The position numbers and the translations under genes were made by a program. Below are positions 60,896-64,000 of a stretch of 64,000 nt of DNA, piece by piece. The notes below the pieces were generated by a model that was given only the letters and a program-made list of their open reading frames with translations, made no database searches and was not told where the DNA came from. Origin of the DNA: Thalia democratica (Eukaryota); the NCBI GenBank assembly GCA_965202585.1, contig OZ241827.1, forward strand, positions 14,880,001 through 14,944,000, read 5' to 3'. Each line of letters starts with the position of its first letter. Position 1 is the first letter of the stretch.

Positions 60896-63115
60896 ATATA
60901 TTTTTTCACCATGTTTTATAAATACAATTTTTCTAACATTTTGCTAATTAAACCAAAATTAGAGCTTAGAAAACTAAAACTTTGGTCAATTTTTTGTTAA
61001 GACTGTGGTTATAAAAGATTAATGACATTATTTACTGAACCTTAGAAATGTGATTGTTACGTTTAAATTTAAAATTCGTTGTTTTTTTTTCAATAAGTTT
61101 TTCAATAGTTAAGTTTGCTACTGTTTATGAATTTCTCAATTAATGATAATTTGAAATTTTATTTGGAAGCCTGCTTATATCTCAGTAAATAATAAACTTT
61201 TAGTGGTAAGTTATCATCAAACTTATTTATAATATAGATCAATACATAACATTATGTATATTGTTGTTGATGGGCAAAAATAATCAAGTATGGTTTACTA
61301 TCTAATTTTATTATAGCCTTCTTGTTTATTTTTATTATTTTTAGTGAAAACAAAATCGCTTGAGTTTAAGAAAAACACTGGAAAAAAATAATTTTTTTCT
61401 TCACCAAACTTTAACATTTAAAACTATCATAATACTATAGATGAGTAAAATTAATTTTGTTGTAACAACATTTTAAATAAATAAATAATTGTTTTATAAA
61501 TTAATCCACCTCCTAAAAACAAGCATTCTTAATTGTGTTTAGATTTTAACCAAACTTTTTTCTTAAATTTTACTATTTACTTGTAATGACCACAATAGTT
61601 TTAATTAATAAGCTTACAGAAAATGTTAAGTATACTTGATATTTACAGTAATGATAAAATGTACTAGCAATTTTTTTAAATTTTCTGATTGGTTTAAAGC
61701 AATACTAAATGATGTCAAAGTTATGAAATTTAATTATTCTAACATCTTTCACTGAATAAGTTTAAATAAATTTAGAAAATATTGTCATTCCCTTTGTATT
61801 TAACTGTTTTTGATTAGAACAAAAAAAAAATTATAATGTATTTACCTTGTTATTGAAAGTGAACACTTAGTCTCCTTCCTTGGTTGAGATCTAGTTGATG
61901 TGTCCTTGAGACGATTCATGTACATCAATGGTCAAAATTTCATCAATTTTATATTCTGAAGATTTCCTGTCAACACAAATAAGTTGCAGAAAAAATAATA
62001 AGTTAAATCAACACTTGTAACCTAAAAATTTTGATATTTTAAATACCTAAATAAACAATAAAAGAGACAAACTATTTTGTTTTTTATAAATGCTATGGCT
62101 AATCTAAGACAGGCTTTTGAAGCATTGAAGTCAATCTAATCCGAGTGACCAAAAACTAATCAAAATCAGCTTTATATTAAACTAAAAACAAATAGTGAAA
62201 AAAATATATTAATCAAACTGTTTAAAACTTCTTAAATAAAGTACAAATAAATCTTCAAAAAACTTATTACTAATTGTACTGACATAGTTTTAATACCAGT
62301 CTGGACATTTCTAAAAATATTTATAATGCAACCACAGAATTTAAATTTCCAAAACATAATGATTATTTATGCAATTTATATTTATTGCTCTAGAAAAGAA
62401 TAACTTTGTTTTTGGATGTCACATACTTGAAAATTTAAATACATAAGATAGTTTAAGTAAAAAGGAGGACTTTATTATTTTACACTATCTTAGTAAAACA
62501 AACAGTTAAATTGTCTCACTCTTCAAAAAACTTTTTATTTAAAACACTTGCAAACTTTTAAGAAATAAAAACTAGCTTTGAGGACTAAAAAGTGCCAACT
62601 CATGCAATAATTGGTAAGATACTTAACAAGTCAGAGCTTGTCTCAAAAGAAAACACTCAAAATATAATATGATGAGAAAAGATGAAATACTATGTACAAG
62701 CCATCTATTATCAATGGATGCTTGGTTAGATATGATGACAAATATTTGGAAGGACATATACAGAAAAATTATGATGTACTTTTTTTTAAACTGTAATTAA
62801 CTAACAAACTTATAAAATAGTTACTGCATTTAATCAGGCTTGATGAAGAGTTCTATCAAACATTTAAAAATCATTGAATATTTTCCATGTTAGAATTTTG
62901 TTGACCATTTAAATTCAAGACTTACCTTAATAAAAATTTAGCAGCTAACATACTCTATGTTTAATTTTATTGTTTATACTTTAAAGTTTCCACTCTTTAG
63001 AGCTAAACAACTGTTCTATTAAATCACATCCACTTTAAAAAAATTAAATAAACAACATCAGTTCTCTAACAATTTTTTTGTAAAATATTTAGCCATACCT
63101 AGTTTTTAGAAACTT

Positions 63116-64000
63116 CAGGGTTGCCACTCTTTGAGCCAAAAAATCTTCCCTGAGTGACCAAAAATTTCCCTGAGTAACCTTAAATTTCCCTGAGTTTCCC
63201 TGAGAATTTTTCAAATCTTAAAAAAAAAAAATTTCTCTTCTAACACAAATTATTAATACCTCATTCTCATTTTTCTTCTTTAATAATAAAAGGAAGGTTG
63301 TATGTGTATGCTTCTGCATTAAATTTATGAAAAAAACTGTTTTCAAAAACTCAATCTTAAAAGGTTTAAACCAACTAAAAACTAAATTTTTGCACAACTT
63401 TGTGTAAACTTGTTAGTTAACTTTCTACATAAAACAATAAAGTTTAATTTGTTTGACATTTTAATTGACAAAATTTAATTATACTATAATAATAATTTCA
63501 CATGAAGAACTCACTTAAATGCATACATAATACCTTCATTATGACTTGTATGTCTTTCCTAGCAACTGTTCTGAATGCAGTAAATAAAACTTAAAAGCTT
63601 AACATTATTGTAAAAAAACCTGCAAAAAGAAAGTGTAAAGAAATAGCTAAAGAAATATCTCATATAAAAGTACAACTTAATTCCTAACAACTGATACAAA
63701 ATAATCTAAAATTAAAATTTTTTTTATGTCTTTTAGATGTTCATACACAATCTATTTTAAATAACTGAAAACATAATTTTGATTTTAAAACAATTTCACA
63801 TTACCTAATAAAAAAATCTTAATACTCTTTTTTTAAGTATGCAATTTCTAAATCAATAGTTTTAATTTTATTTTCAGGTTTATTTGCGTTGTCCTTAGCA
63901 GCTATTCCTCTTGCTAATAATTCTTTCATTGCTTCTAAATCAGACTGTTTGTTGGCATCTGCAGTATATTTGTCATAGTCTTCATTCAAACATTTGAGTT
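63116..64000. mobile_element. Terminus of a CAGGGTTGCCAC-type (probably hAT-like) element running off the window
   Basis: cagggttgccac at 63116-63127 is followed by four ttccctgag subterminal repeats. An internal ORF end points toward this terminus. Confidence 0.6.
63819..63998 (-). CDS. 3' end of an ORF entering from outside the window (LKCLNEDYDKYTADANKQSDLEAMKELLARG...EIAYLKKEY*), probably element-encoded
   Basis: 60 open codons to a TAA at 63821-63819, with coiled-coil-like composition, ending ~700 bp inside the 63116 terminus. Confidence 0.5.
   Translation of the reverse strand, partial: LKCLNEDYDKYTADANKQSDLEAMKELLARGIAAKDNANKPENKIKTIDLEIAYLKKEY

Noticed and set aside
61847-61953. Exon-like GC-richer block with acceptor and donor on the minus strand
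   Set aside because: All three frames contain stops. It may be UTR or decayed sequence but cannot be supported as coding.

Overview
Very AT-rich eukaryotic (probably invertebrate) genomic DNA. No rRNA, tRNA, CRISPR or operon signals are visible, and several supplied ORFs begin at TTG/GTG codons that are not real starts. The dominant feature is a tandemly evolving family of genes with single-exon coding regions that I do not recognise. Members share a ~35-aa N-terminal hydrophobic anchor (MIKVxFKLxxSFCxLMVGxxGLSAxV..YF..K), a variable S/N/K-rich linker and a C-terminal helical domain. There are at least eight loci, arranged as divergent pairs: A(-)/B(+) at 0.6-7.9 kb, A'(-)/B'(+) at 26.5-32.3 kb and C(-)/D(+) at 36.7-42.1 kb, plus two D-like remnants. 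The first two pairs lie in a ~10-kb segmental duplication. Only B, A' and B' are intact. A is broken by a near-identical internal tandem triplication plus a 1-bp deletion. Interspersed are a two-exon BACK-kelch gene lacking a BTB domain, a C-type-lectin pseudogene, and a protein with two tandem PARP/ADP-ribosyltransferase-like domains (one with catalytic His/Tyr, one degenerate). Non-coding features include a ~2-kb degenerate 12-bp satellite, a foldback palindrome, TA-target and 8-bp-target MITEs, a 3.6/1.9-kb tandem duplication, a highly conserved hairpin-forming element, and the end of a probable hAT-like element at the right edge. All alignments, translations and composition statements were made by eye; no database searches were run.
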